A DNA stretch of 64,000 bases, taken from Podarcis bocagei (Eukaryota). Each line of letters begins with the position of its first letter. Within the stretch, counting starts at the first letter, position 1. The stretch lies in the NCBI GenBank assembly GCA_964188305.1, contig OZ076894.1; one strand, written 5' to 3'. The position numbers and the translations under genes were made by a program. Positions 13,775-26,075 of this stretch are shown in pieces. A model generated the notes under the pieces. It did not search any database and was not told where the DNA came from. It saw only the letters and a program-made list of their open reading frames with translations.

Positions 13775-16583
13775 GTGGAAATAAACTGTTTCTATTCTAA
13801 ACTGTTATTGATTTAACTTGATCCCAAAATGTATTTGCTTTAAAACTTCGTATAAAGCAAACAAGGAACTTAGTTTAAGGAAAAGGGTAAGAATATATTT
13901 TTTCACGTCGTGATTTGTTTGCATTTTTTTCAGGGAAATATAACTCCTGAAAACTGTTGTGTAAGCTTACATTTTGTGTTATTTTGTACAGCTTTACAAA
14001 CCAGTGCTGCAGTTACTTTGCACAATATGAAGATGGGATTACTGGAGCAAGTTGACTTGTATTTTTGGTATATTCCAATACTGACCATTTTACTAAAGAT
14101 TTTTAGTACACAACATAATGGCCCTGATCCAGAGAAATGTCTACCCACATTAAATTAAACAGGACTTACTTTTGGGTAGACCTGTATAGGATTACACTGT
14201 AAATTGTGTTTAAGTCACAATGGAAGAGAAATACAACTTGCTTTCTCTCATATATGAAGAAGGACTGAGTCACATTGTTCAGTCACAATGTTTGAAAAGT
14301 TCACATCTTCCAATCAGATTGTGATGTCCTTCCCAAAGTGTGAGTTAAGTAAAAGATCATGCAACCAGATGTTAAACTAGAGGCCCTAATGGAAAATGCT
14401 GCCCTTTTTTGTTTTTTTATAGGGAAAAATACACATTTCTAAGAAATAGGAAAACAATTAAGCAATCACATATTTTTATTTTCTGAAACAAAGGAAGATA
14501 TAATAGTCAATTTCTGTGTGTTTTTCTCCAGATTAAAAAAAAGTATTTGTAATAATTCCAGGAAAGTATTATCTTTATTTTAGTTTGCCTTAAATAATTA
14601 TATTGGAGCAATTCCATTGATGTCAGTGCCTCTAACCTGTGGCTGCAATCCTGTGCACATTTATCTTGGACTCTGGGAGTAAATCCAACTAAACCAAATG
14701 GGGCTTACATCTGAGTAAATACTAAGAATTGCTTTGCAAAGGTTTGACTATTGTCAAATATGAAAAATATGTGACTTCAGAGTCTGAACAAGATTTTTTA
14801 TAATAAATAATAATAAAAATAAAATTTATTATTATTATTGACATTTTACTCTGGATGGTGGAATTTCTTTTTAGGTCATGTAATTGTAGTTCAAAGTTTG
14901 ATGGAAAGGACCGTAAAGGGGGAGATGGTCCATGCCTAGTGGTATAAACATTGTGATACATTTACAAAGTTCTTAACGATGCTGAACATTAGAATATGCT
15001 TAATCCGGATAGCACTGAAAGTAGACTCTTTTGTTATTGGAAAACGTGTTTTCAGATGCATTTGAAAAGGAAAAACTCATGCAGTGGAATCATTGCAGGC
15101 ATGGTCCTCCTCACATTATCTTTAGTGGAAAACTGAACACTTGGAAGGGTGTTTTGGTAAAATATATGTTAATTTTTCCAAATACACTAATTTTCCAAAT
15201 AGCCAGTTTGTTTGCTATTTGGGAACTTACAAACTGGCTGTTGCTAGCCAAGTGGTGGGAAAGACGGACAGTTTGCATGACCAACTCATACTGTGGAGGG
15301 GAAAATGTATTTCAAGAAGCAAATGGAAAATAAGACTGAGGATTTGATTCTCTCCCTTTTTCAAGCCTGCACAGTGAGTACAATTAGTGCTGCAATTAGA
15401 TGTGACTTGTGGGATGAAGGGGGGAAAGAATACTGGAAATAGGAATGTGGGCCAAATTATATAGTTTTCTGCTACACTGACACAAATCCTGTGATCTTGA
15501 AAAGGACTGTATCAAAGAAAAACTTAGTATGTGACATGCTTTTGTCTATGGTGTATGTGTATGTCTGTCTGTATGCTTGAATCTGCCCACATTTGTGCAA
15601 TGTACCTGAAATCAATTTAAATTTACGTAACATGCCAGTTTGCAGATTAAAAGAAACATTAAATGTTTACACACTGCTGTTGTGTTTTTCATTTCCATAT
15701 TAATGGTTCCAAAATGTCATTCAGTATATTCTCTCACTTTTCCACGCCACCCCTCTGGTGATAGGAAAGTTTCCTTGTCTCACTAATTGTGTAAGTCTAA
15801 AAGCAAATGTCATTTTTGCAGGGGTGGGTGGGTGAAAATCAACAGACTGGAACACTGAGAACTAGAATTTCCATAGAGTAGTGCTTCAGTCCAGAGAAGA
15901 AAGATCCCAAAAGGGCATTTTCATGGCTGGAGCTGATGTTGTCTCTGTTCATTAAATTGGAAAACATTATTACAAAGCAGTAGGGTAAAGAATTTCAATA
16001 ACATCATTCCTTCTATTTGCCATGTTCAGTGGTTGAGTGCTTATCCTTATGAAGGAAAAAAAAAATGCTATCATCCACACACAAGAGGAACATAGCTGTG
16101 TGCTTGGAAGAACCTCATCTGGGGACCACAGGCTAACTTAGGGGTTACAGAAGAGGCTGTGTAGTATAGCTCAGTGAATCTCCCAGGTTCCCCATGAATC
16201 TCCATGTAGATTCAGTTGCCACTCCATTGGTTTCTGTATGTGAAACCATAGGGGTGCTTCCTTTGTCTGTTCCCTCAGCCAGTAAAATATCTTGGTAAAA
16301 CCCATTATTAATTTTACAACTGAGATGGAAATTTAATGAAAACTTTTACTTTATGTTTAAGCTGTTTGAAAAGGTCAGTGAAAAAGCACTCCAGGAAATG
16401 GTGTTGTACTTTCTGTAAGAATAGTCTAAGTTGCTTTGAAACTATACCTAAAGGTGGGAGCTCACATTACTGAATGCTTCTCTGTAGAAAAAGGTCTCCT
16501 GCACATAGATAGCTAACATGTCTTTTTTAAAATATATATATATATATATATATCTTAATTTTCATTTTTTCACATCACACTTA

Positions 16584-16865
16584 GAAGGAAGAAGAAGAAG
16601 AAGAAGAAGAGGAGGAGGAGGAGGAGGAGGAGTTTGGATTTGATATCCCGCTTTATCACTACCCGAAGGAGTCTCAAAGCGGCTTACATTCTCCTTTCCC
16701 TTCCTCCTCTACAACAAACACTGTGAGGTGAGTGGGGCTGAGAGACTTCAGAGAAGTGTGACTAGCCCAAGGTCACCCAGCAGCTGCATGTGGAGGAGTG
16801 GGGAAGCGAACCCAGTTCACCAGATTACAAGTCCACCACTCTTAACCACTACACCACACTGGCTC
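16584..16865 (-). mobile_element. Squam3-type SINE, full length
   Basis: Reverse complement of the 8499 element. The (GAA)n(GAG)n run on the plus strand is its tail. Confidence 0.85.
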
Positions 16866-16867
16866 AC

Positions 16868-17345
16868 AACTCACAACACATCAACCACGTTGCTTAAAAA
16901 TATCAAATCTTACAATTCACTCTAGAAAACCTGTTCACATATTACCATCAGATCTTGGGGATTATAAACACAATCTTCATGACACATATAATCCAAAAAC
17001 AGTTGCCACACATTATAGAAAAGATAGGGATTAGAATTCCCTTTGGTTGTATGAATCTGGCACATCAGCTTTTCTCGACAGGGCTATTGTCCATGCTCTG
17101 GAATACCATGCTTCAATGTTCAAGCCCAAGGCAGTGCACCATCGCATGACTATTTCCATACGTGCCACTGTGAGGAGGAACATCACAAGTTCTTTATGAG
17201 CAGCTGGTGGAGTTGACATGTCCTTTATTCCAAGTACTGTAAAGCGAGTTGAGGGAAAACTTGGAGATCCATTTTGTGTATTAAACTCAATTCCTGAAAT
17301 ACCAGAACACCAAATGGGCAAACACATCTGCAAAACCACCACAAA
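16868..17345 (-). mobile_element. L1/Tx1-type LINE ORF2 C-terminal remnant
   Basis: ORF 17031-17342 contains ELVMFLLTVARMEIVMRW...LNIEAWYSRAWTIAL, resembling the L..AR..I...W....W pattern of non-mammalian L1 ORF2 C-termini. Confidence 0.6.
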
Positions 17346-20129
17346 TAATAACTAGCATGTCTGATACGCACGTAGAACCTGTCTTACATTGACTTCTACA
17401 TGCAGTGATTCGAAAATAGAGCGAGAGAGAGAGCAGGAATAGACAACCTTTTTGAAGATCAAGGGCTGCATTTCCTTGGAAGAAAGTGGCTAGGGGGTCC
17501 CCAAGACAAAAAGGGGGAGGATCCACCCTCTCTCTCTCTCTCACACACACACACTTCCTCACCCCCTCCATCAGCCCACCTACTGCAGGGATCCTCAGCC
17601 TCGACTTGCCTCTGCACAGCCTCTCTCCTATTTATTCATTCATCATCAACCTTAGTTCACCTTCTTTCCTCTAAAATAACTTTCAATCATGTGAGCGTCA
17701 GCTGGATATTTTACATTCCAGTTTCTCTGGGTGGCATGGCTTTGAAGTACTAAATAGAACACATCTAAACAAAACTGATACAGTTTCATTTCAATGTATG
17801 CCTGCAGATGACTTATAATAATGCTAATAATCACATCTGCATAAAAGGAAGGTTCATTTTAAATTCATGTCATTCACATTATGCTGATGAGGCTTTTCTA
17901 TTTTGGATAAGCTGCATTCTCTCTTCCTCTCCCTTCTGCTTTCTTTAGCGGTTAGTCTCTGTCATTGGCTCATCGCTGCCATTCTGCAACATGACAACTT
18001 CATTTGTACTTTATAAGGTCCCAACCCTAACTGAGAAAGTCTGCTCTGTGATGTTTGGGGGAAATGGTACATGTTGTGGCTTTCATCGTTTTGGAAATGA
18101 TTCCAGCTGAAGTTTTACTTCCCAAAAGTGGGACTCGTTTTAACTGCTCATAAAATTCTCCCCACAACAGCTAGCTGCAGAGAAATTCTCCTGTTGTTTT
18201 TGGTAAGTTCACAAAGCCTCTGGAAAACACCTTTCAGTCATGTGACTAGCAGTCAAGAGCTATACATAAAAAGGCAGGGGGACCAAAATCCTCATTAATT
18301 TCCATGTACTGCTCTAGCTGCCTTCCTCGTAGTAAGATTTTGCCTCTTCCTCCCCTATTTTAAACAGAGGCACTGGTGGTAGAGTACACTAAGCCCAGCA
18401 AATGTCAAGCTTTGCTTTAAAATTATTGGTATTTAAGGGAGGCATAATACCATTAAGTCTAAAGCTATTAAGATTTTCTTAGTGAAAACACACAGGGCCA
18501 TTTTATGCCGTTCTGACAGAGGGCTTTAAATTAGCCCCACTGTGCGGATGTTGTAGCTTTTTCTATTTCCCAGGGAGAAAATGTCAGGAGAGTTGTGGTG
18601 ATGGCACTTGGTTTGTATAAGACTAATAAAAGGATCGAGATGTAGGCATGTTTCCCCAGTTCTGGATTCCCGCCCCCCTCCGTGGTCAGAACTTTGAAGT
18701 TTTTTAAAAGCTTTGTTCTCTTCCTCTTTGCCAGGCTAATAAAAAGAATTATTATTACTACCACATTTGTGTCTCTTGGATTTTTTTTTAGTTTTTATTT
18801 GGCTAATGCAAGTACTTTTACAACATAATTGCGCCGAAAAAGAGCAATTAGAATTAAAGGAGCCTTGGCCAATAAGTACAGCACTTATTGCAATTATACT
18901 AGTAACATAGGAAACCTGAAAGCCTACTTGAATTACCCAAATGATACTTTAAAGAGAGAGAGAGAGAGAGAGAGAAAAGAATTGCTTTTAAACTTAACAA
19001 AACTCTTAATTGGTGGGGGAAGGGTGGTTGATATGAATCTGTGGTAACCAGATTTGCAGTCTGAACTGTTCGTCTGCAACACTGTTGGCCATCAAAGAAG
19101 GCCTGTCTCACCAAGCTTTCTATTTTCACAACAGGATATCTGGTTTCTTTTATGAGGATACAGCTAGGTTAATTTGGTTTAGTGGTTTGCTGGAGGTAAG
19201 CATGCTCTTCACAGCGCAAACACCAAAATCCCCCCCTCAAAGCAGTTTCCTGCTAATAGCCAAGGTCTGATTGGCAGTTTTGCATTGTAAAGTGTGATTT
19301 GGTTGGATAAATATGTTTAGTCTAGTAAGCACTTTAGTGATTGAGTGTCTGTTAATGGATAAAGGTGGATTACGGTGAAACCTCTACAGGCTGTCATTGA
19401 GCACTTTAGAGATGTGAGATGTCAGAAAGGCAAGGGAGGCAAATTAATGGGGAACTGTGACCAAACTCGGCAAAACTTGGACCATATTTTAAACATTGGG
19501 TGGTGCTAATTTTTGCATAGTTTTGAAGTCATAATCTCACCGGAGGACCCATAGCCCGACTGAAGCTCCCAATCTGGCCTTACATTGCTGGGTTTTGTCT
19601 GGAAATGTAGACAGCGAATTTAAAGGCAGTTTTCAGCACTGCATGAATGTAACTAGGATGACTGTTTATGGTTCCTTTTAATAGATTCTCCTTTTCCACA
19701 AGAATTATAGATCCAGAGAACATGGCAGATTTCCCTTACTTCCGCTGCCTCTCCCCTGGAGTTCCCTCTTGTTGCTCAACTCCAGACTTCCAACCTCAGG
19801 TGCAAAAGGTCCGTTTTAAGGTATGTATATTGGAATGTAATTACTTTTGGGAGGGCATTTCCTTTCTGCCCACAATAAAGAAAGCATGATGCTAAAATGT
19901 TAAGAGTAAGCATATCGAATTTAAACAGCTGAAATTGATTCCTCCCCCCCCCTTTTTTTAATTTATAGGTGATATCCAATTAAGTTGCACTCAAGAATAG
20001 TACATTAATCGATGGAATCAAGTTGCTCAAGTCCACTGATTTCAGTTAGTCTACTCTGAGTAGGACTAGTGTGTTTTTTACTTCTGGAAATAAAAAATAA
20101 AAATTATTAGAGTATTTCTGAGCCAAGTC

Positions 20130-20625
20130 ATTGAAAACAACAACATGGCAGTGTACAATAAAATCATTAAACTATTTTGAAAATAATACAATACAGAGCA
20201 AGGGACTAACAGCGGATCCAATTATTTATCTAAAAATGCTTGGTGGAACAGTAATGTTTTGGGCAGCCAGTGAAATATCAGAATTGTGATTGCCTGTCTG
20301 ATTTTAACAGGAACTTTGTTTCAAAGTACTGGTGCCACCATGCCAAAGGCCTAAGTTTGCATAGAAACAAAACAAAGATGCGATAAGTGGGAAACAGATG
20401 ATCTGGCTGATGTAGAAGGGAAAAGGTGGTCCTTCAGGTAACTCAGTCATAGGTCATTCAGGGCTTTATATGCCAACAGGAATACCTTGAACTCAGTTGC
20501 TGATGGAGTGGCAGAGCAGTTTTCAGTACCAATGTCATATGCCCATGTGGAGTAGCTCTAGCCAAAAGCTGGTCTGCCGATTTCTGCACTAGCTGCAGTT
20601 CCCAAACAAACCTCAAAGTTATGCT
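20130..20625 (-). mobile_element. L2 LINE 3' fragment
   Basis: Minus strand gives ELQLVQKSADQLL...HMTLVLK (cf. KLQLVQNAAARLL...HITPVL) and AFGMVAPVL*N...KTLLFHQAF. Confidence 0.75.
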
Positions 20626-20994
20626 TTTTGTTACTGTTATTACAGAGTACAGTAATTCTAAGCATTTTATTTCATATACAATGTTTATATGCAGCTTGAT
20701 TATAATAAAACCTGTAAGCAATTTCTCCCCGCAAAAGCCCTTTGATTTTCAGAGGGCATTTCCTGTATGGGTTGCAGCCTGTATTAATTATATATGAGAA
20801 CTGATAAAAAATATAGTTATACAAATATCCAGTTTTCCCCAAAACAGCCTTCTCATCAATAAGATTTTAAGCGACATTTTTTTTCTTTTTTAAAAAAAAA
20901 ATAATCTACCCTAATACTTTTACTAATATTCATGTACTGTGACACCACTGCTACATATGAGGATTTTTGTTTTGTTTAATAAGGGTAAATTCTA

Positions 20995-21132
20995 NNNNNN
21001 NNNNNNNNNNNNNNNNNNNNNNNNNNNNNNNNNNNNNNNNNNNNNNNNNNNNNNNNNNNNNNNNNNNNNNNNNNNNNNNNNNNNNNNNNNNNNNNNNNNN
21101 NNNNNNNNNNNNNNNNNNNNNNNNNNNNNNNN
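20995..21132. other. Assembly gap (138 N)
   Basis: Run of N. Confidence 1.
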
Positions 21133-21900
21133 TTCCTACAGAAGCCTTATATGAGGTGGTGAAAAGCAGCCTTTTCCAGTGTTATAATAGCTCACGGCAG
21201 AGTCATAAATGGATTTTTCAAAATGTTATGCATTTTACGGAAGGCTTAAGAAGTACCTTTTTTCTGCCATGGTATGGGTATTCAGTGTCATAGTTTATTC
21301 AACTTTAAATAGAGTAGGCCCATTGAAATTAATAGCCATTAATAGTTTAAGTCCATTAATTTCAGTGCAACTTCTCTGAGTAAAAATGTATTGAATACAA
21401 CCCAATGGGCCAGATTCAGCTACCCTGTTCCACTAGCAGAAGCCAGCGTAAGGACTACTGCTAGCACAATGGGCTTCCTCCCCTCTCCACCCCACCACTT
21501 CCCCCAAATTCACTCTGGAGGGATGGGGGAACCCCCAGAACAGCATGCAAGAGAAGAAAATGGGAGGTTGTTCCAACAGGCGAGCAGAAATACATGCACT
21601 GACAGAACAATCTCCTTAGCTCTTGTACGTTGAATTCCATACTATGTTTTTCACCTGGAACATGGTTTTCCTATAGAAGCATCCTCAGAGCATCTCACTG
21701 ATGTGAAGGCAAAAGTGTTGTGTTCTATGTGAGGACCATGGCCTGTCACTGCTGCGCGTATAAATAAGCCCTTAGAGACAAACTAGCAGCTATTCTGGTT
21801 TGGATACAAGCAACCAGTGACTGACAGTAAAGTTTCTGCCTAAATGTACTGCTCCTAAGACTGGACTGTAAGTAAAAAGCCTATCTTAACAACTTGTAAA

Positions 21901-21933
<33 letters not shown>

Positions 21934-22714
21934 AGTGTGTGCGCGCACACACACCAATAAGATTGTTTCAATATGACAGCTTTAAATCTTTCAAGAAAGT
22001 TGATGTTTAAAACATGTTTGGCTATGAGAGAAGCCAAATTCTGAAATATGTCTTATTTTGATAGTAGGCTTAAGGAAATATATGATGGTAGAACGTACTG
22101 GCCTACATATATGCAATTATGAATGAGCAAAAAGATATGAAGATAGCATGCAATGAGATATGAAAGGAGGAAATGATAGGTTTTTTATTTTTATGATACA
22201 ACTCATTAAGTCATTTTTTCTACTGCTAGTAATCCTGTAGGAGATACAAACATTTAGAAATAAAATGATTAAAATGCAATTAATACATAAAGCATTTTAT
22301 TAAACACTGCATACCACATAATAATCATCATAATCATCATCTCACTTCTTTGGAGGGGAAAATCAAACTGGACATCTTCCTTCAATTAATGCCCACCCCA
22401 GTCACCTTGTCTCCTCTCCAGCTTCCCCATTGCTAACTTTTCACACACATCTTCTCCTGTCACCCAAGCCACCGGCATGTCTCCTCCTTTTGGAACTGGG
22501 CTGGCCCTTGAACTGCTACATGACTGTTCCCCCTTGTGCCCATGCCATGGAAAGAGGGAATGGCTGAAGAAAGGAGAGCTCTGCACTCACATCTGGGGCC
22601 TCCATCTGTTAGTAATAAATATATTTAACCTGTGCAGCATTTACTGCATCTGATACAGTATTTTCTTGCCCTCACAAGCTATGGTGAAATAGGAAGGTGC
22701 TACTCCACCCAGCC

Positions 22715-23057
22715 GGGACGCGGGTGGCGCTGTGGGTTAAACCACAGAGCCTAGGACTTGCAGATCAGAAGGTCGGCGGTTCGAATCCCTGCGACAGGGT
22801 GAGCTCCCGTTGTTCGGTCCCTGCTCCTGCCAACCTAGCAGTTCAAAGTGCAAGTAGATATATAGGTACTGCTCCAGCAGGAAGGTAAACGGCGTTTCCG
22901 TGTGCTGCTCTGGTTCACCAGAAGCGGCTTAGTCATGCTGGCCACATGACGCGGAAGCTGTACGCCGGCTCCCTCGGCCAATAAAGTGAGATGAGCATAG
23001 CAACCCCAGAGTCGGTCACAACTGGACCAAATGGTATGGGGTCCCTTTACCTTTACC
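22715..23057 (+). mobile_element. Sauria SINE
   Basis: Head gggacgcgggtggcgctgtgggttaaacc and ACCTTT tail. TSD CCACCCAGCC at 22705-22714 and 23058-23067. An 11-nt internal deletion relative to the 43138 copy. Confidence 0.93.
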
Positions 23058-23642
23058 CCACCCAGCCACTGCCCCACCCCAATCAAAGCCTCCCTTACCT
23101 TGGTTGTGTGGCAGAAAAGCGGCAGTGACAACGAGGGGTTCCAGTGAGATCTTGCTGAAAACCACTGGTGGTGCTGGCTCCACTTCTCTGCTGGTGGCAG
23201 AAGTGGCAGGGTAGGTAGGGTGCCCATTAGGGCATCACTTTTGGGCTTCTACACCCAAGGCAGCTGCCTCAACCTTCCTCATGGGCAGGGCAGCCCTGGA
23301 TGCCAGGTTTGAGGTGGTGTGACTTATTCGGGGTGACTCAAAGGGCTTCTCTGTCTCATCTCCATGCCTCCAGAGCAAGTAACCATTACATCACATTGGC
23401 TCCCACAGCAAGACTCCCAATCACCTAGGCAGTCAGGTCTTCTAGTTGTCCCTATGACTTTTTAAAATGTTGTCTTCTTATATTGTTCCCAGTCTTCCAG
23501 CTGGGTTGGGGAATAGTTCAACCAAGCTAGAAGAGTTCTATGAAGTCTTAGAAGATAGGATGCCAGTCAACAGGTGAAAGTTCAGCAGTGTGTCAGCAAA
23601 GTTAACACATATTTAGAGAGCCAAGTGTTGTCCAGGAAGTTA

Positions 23643-23778
23643 CAGCCTTCCCCAGCCTAGTATCCTACAGATGTTTTGGATTACAACTCCCATCACTGAC
23701 TGTTAGCATGCCCAATAGTCAGGGATTATGGGAACTGTAGTCCAGAATATCTCAAGGGCTGCAAACTAGGGAACCCTG
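23643..23778. mobile_element. Palindromic hAT-type MITE
   Basis: ggattacaactcccatca / tatgggaactgtagtcc inverted core with CAG...CTG ends. Confidence 0.7.
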
Positions 23779-25994
23779 TATTAGACCAATGAGGTTTTCC
23801 AACAGCTTGTTGCACCAGTAGAGATTTCTCTGTTCTGAAGGTTCTTCGGATTTTGGTCTCTGTTGCCCTTACTATCTCTATTCCTGGCTGACTGTCATAC
23901 ATTGCCTACAGAACCTGTGTTATGAGATGACTGGTAAATGCAGATAAGAAATGAATACACATGCATACATACATACACACACACATACAGTGTCAATTAA
24001 AGTCTCTTTAACCTTGACTTCCTTTCTCTTTGATCCCCTTTACAAGAACAATATCTCACATTTCACTTTTACAATCACTTAGGTGTACAAAGCCTTTGGA
24101 AACGGGACTAGAGATAGAGAAACGTTGCTTATGCAGCCATCTGGTGTGCTTTTTTATCACATTTTTAAAGGGCACTGGAACCATTGGATGGGCATGCTAT
24201 TAAGTACTCATCCACTTATCAAGAGGAAGCAGCTGCCAGCCTGATAGCGAGCCCTTTCTTATAAACAAACTCCTTTGAGTATGAATATTATATTGGTGTC
24301 TTTAAGCTGACTTCACTATGCAGATAATAATATTCCAAAGGAATAGAATAGGTGGCAAAATTAGCAAATGAATTCAAACACCTTGACAGCATCGGATACA
24401 GCCCAGTGTCTTCTCAGATTCAGCCAGTCCTCAACTAGGGTCTTCAGTAATGATCAATAGCCATTTGTACCAGCCCTCCCTGGACAGCAATAGAAAAACA
24501 GCTGTTTCCACCTGGGAACTGTATGGAAGTTCTTTACAACTGTACAATAATAAACAGTGGGAAAGCTCAGCCCAGTTTAGAGCTCCTTTTGTTTGCACAC
24601 TTTCACTATCTTTGCATTTGTTAGACTGTAATTTTCCTTGCAATTGTATTTTATCAGGCTATTGTTTGTGTAGCTTTGGATTCTGCTGCAAACATATCTC
24701 AAATAAAATAAATGCTCAATTATATACCTCCCCCGCTTTCTTTCTGCATTTGCAAGTACATCGTTACCAACTACAGAAGGCAGCTTGCATTTAGACAGAG
24801 TGCTCTTTAAGCAGCAAAGAATTACCCCTCCCTGGGAGAAAAAAAAGTGTAAATACATAACTTGATTTACCAGTTGTACGGCTCTAGGGTCTCAAATTCC
24901 CATAAATATAAGTGACAAATTATCAATAAATCATTCCTGGGCCTACCATATTGCGCCAATGTTTATTGAAATCCTCTACTAATAAATATGAGAGTCACCT
25001 TTCCTAGCTGTACCCTGAGAAACAAAGATGACAGCAATTACAAACAGACATGAAAAATGAAAAATATTACTTTTGCAAGTAACAATTCTTCCCAGGCCTC
25101 CGTGGTCCAATTGACCTGTTCTAGAAGAATACTTTATTAAACAAACACTGCACCAAATTGATACTATTTGTTCTATATCAACAAAATTGCAATCCATATA
25201 GTTTTGAAAGGGGAAGTTCTAACAGGTAACTCCTGACCTTGAGAGGATTAATTCCCTTCCTTTTTTATTATTAGTTGCAGATAATCTGTTTCAGGACCAA
25301 AAGGACTGTGTCTAAATAGCTGCTAATACTGTGCTGCATGATTTATGCTTTGAAATTCCAGTGTCACCACCATTAATCCCACAAAATTAAGTGGCAAGTG
25401 GAACAAACAGACGTGGCAATGTTCAGGGCTCAGTTATTACCCCTGTTATATTGAAATGTGGCATTATGGGCTGTGTGTCATAAATTTTCCCCCTGACAAT
25501 ATACCCAAACACATTTGGGTTTAAGTGTTGCTTACCTTGTATAAACAATGATGTATTGAATTGTCGAAGCAGGATCTGGCCCTTTATTCAATCCCACCCT
25601 CCACCTTCATACACACATCTCAAGAATTTCTTGAAATACAGATTTTCTCGTTTCTGAATCTGATATGAATAACAATTAATGTGTTAAGAACATCCTTTGA
25701 TTTTAACTCTCTTTTCTTTTACAGGACAATACCTCAAGGGTATTGATAACAAAGATTCCCACCTTCAGGCAACTGAACCATGCTAGCTTCTAATTGTGCT
25801 TTTTTGCAGTTGTAAGGCAGTTCCTCACACCACCTGCATTAATAGATATAAAGTATGCTATGAATTTGTAACACACAGGTCTAATTCACAAACAGATACT
25901 GAAAGACAAGTTTTGGTGATGCTCCTCAGAAATTATAGAATGGTTATACACAAATGAAAATAAAAAAGACCCTTAATCACTTATATTTTAATAA

Positions 25995-26075
25995 AAAATT
26001 TAAAAATTGTCCAGTAGTGGCACCTTAGAGACCAGCTATAAGCTTTCATGTGCATGCATACTTCTTCAGATACAC
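25995..26075 (-). mobile_element. Penelope-like element terminal (pseudo-LTR) remnant
   Basis: gtccagtagtggcaccttagagacca...agctttcatgtgcatgcatacttcttcagatac matches the recalled lacertid Penelope terminus. Confidence 0.75.
26036..26074 (-). ncRNA. Degenerate minimal hammerhead ribozyme motif within the Penelope remnant
   Basis: Minus strand reads GTAT-CTGAAGA-AGTATGCATGCACAT-GAAA-GCTT-ATAG. It has the CUGANGA and GAAA cores, a palindromic helix II with one mismatch and a palindromic mini helix III. Confidence 0.6.

Noticed and set aside
19135-19195. ISGFFYEDTARLIWFS resembles a HERC-family HECT segment (YEDSRLIWFS)
   Set aside because: Only a short match needing a gap, with no other HECT exons in the window. 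Treated as coincidence.
20939-21293. ORFs spanning the N run
   Set aside because: Artefacts of translating through the assembly gap.
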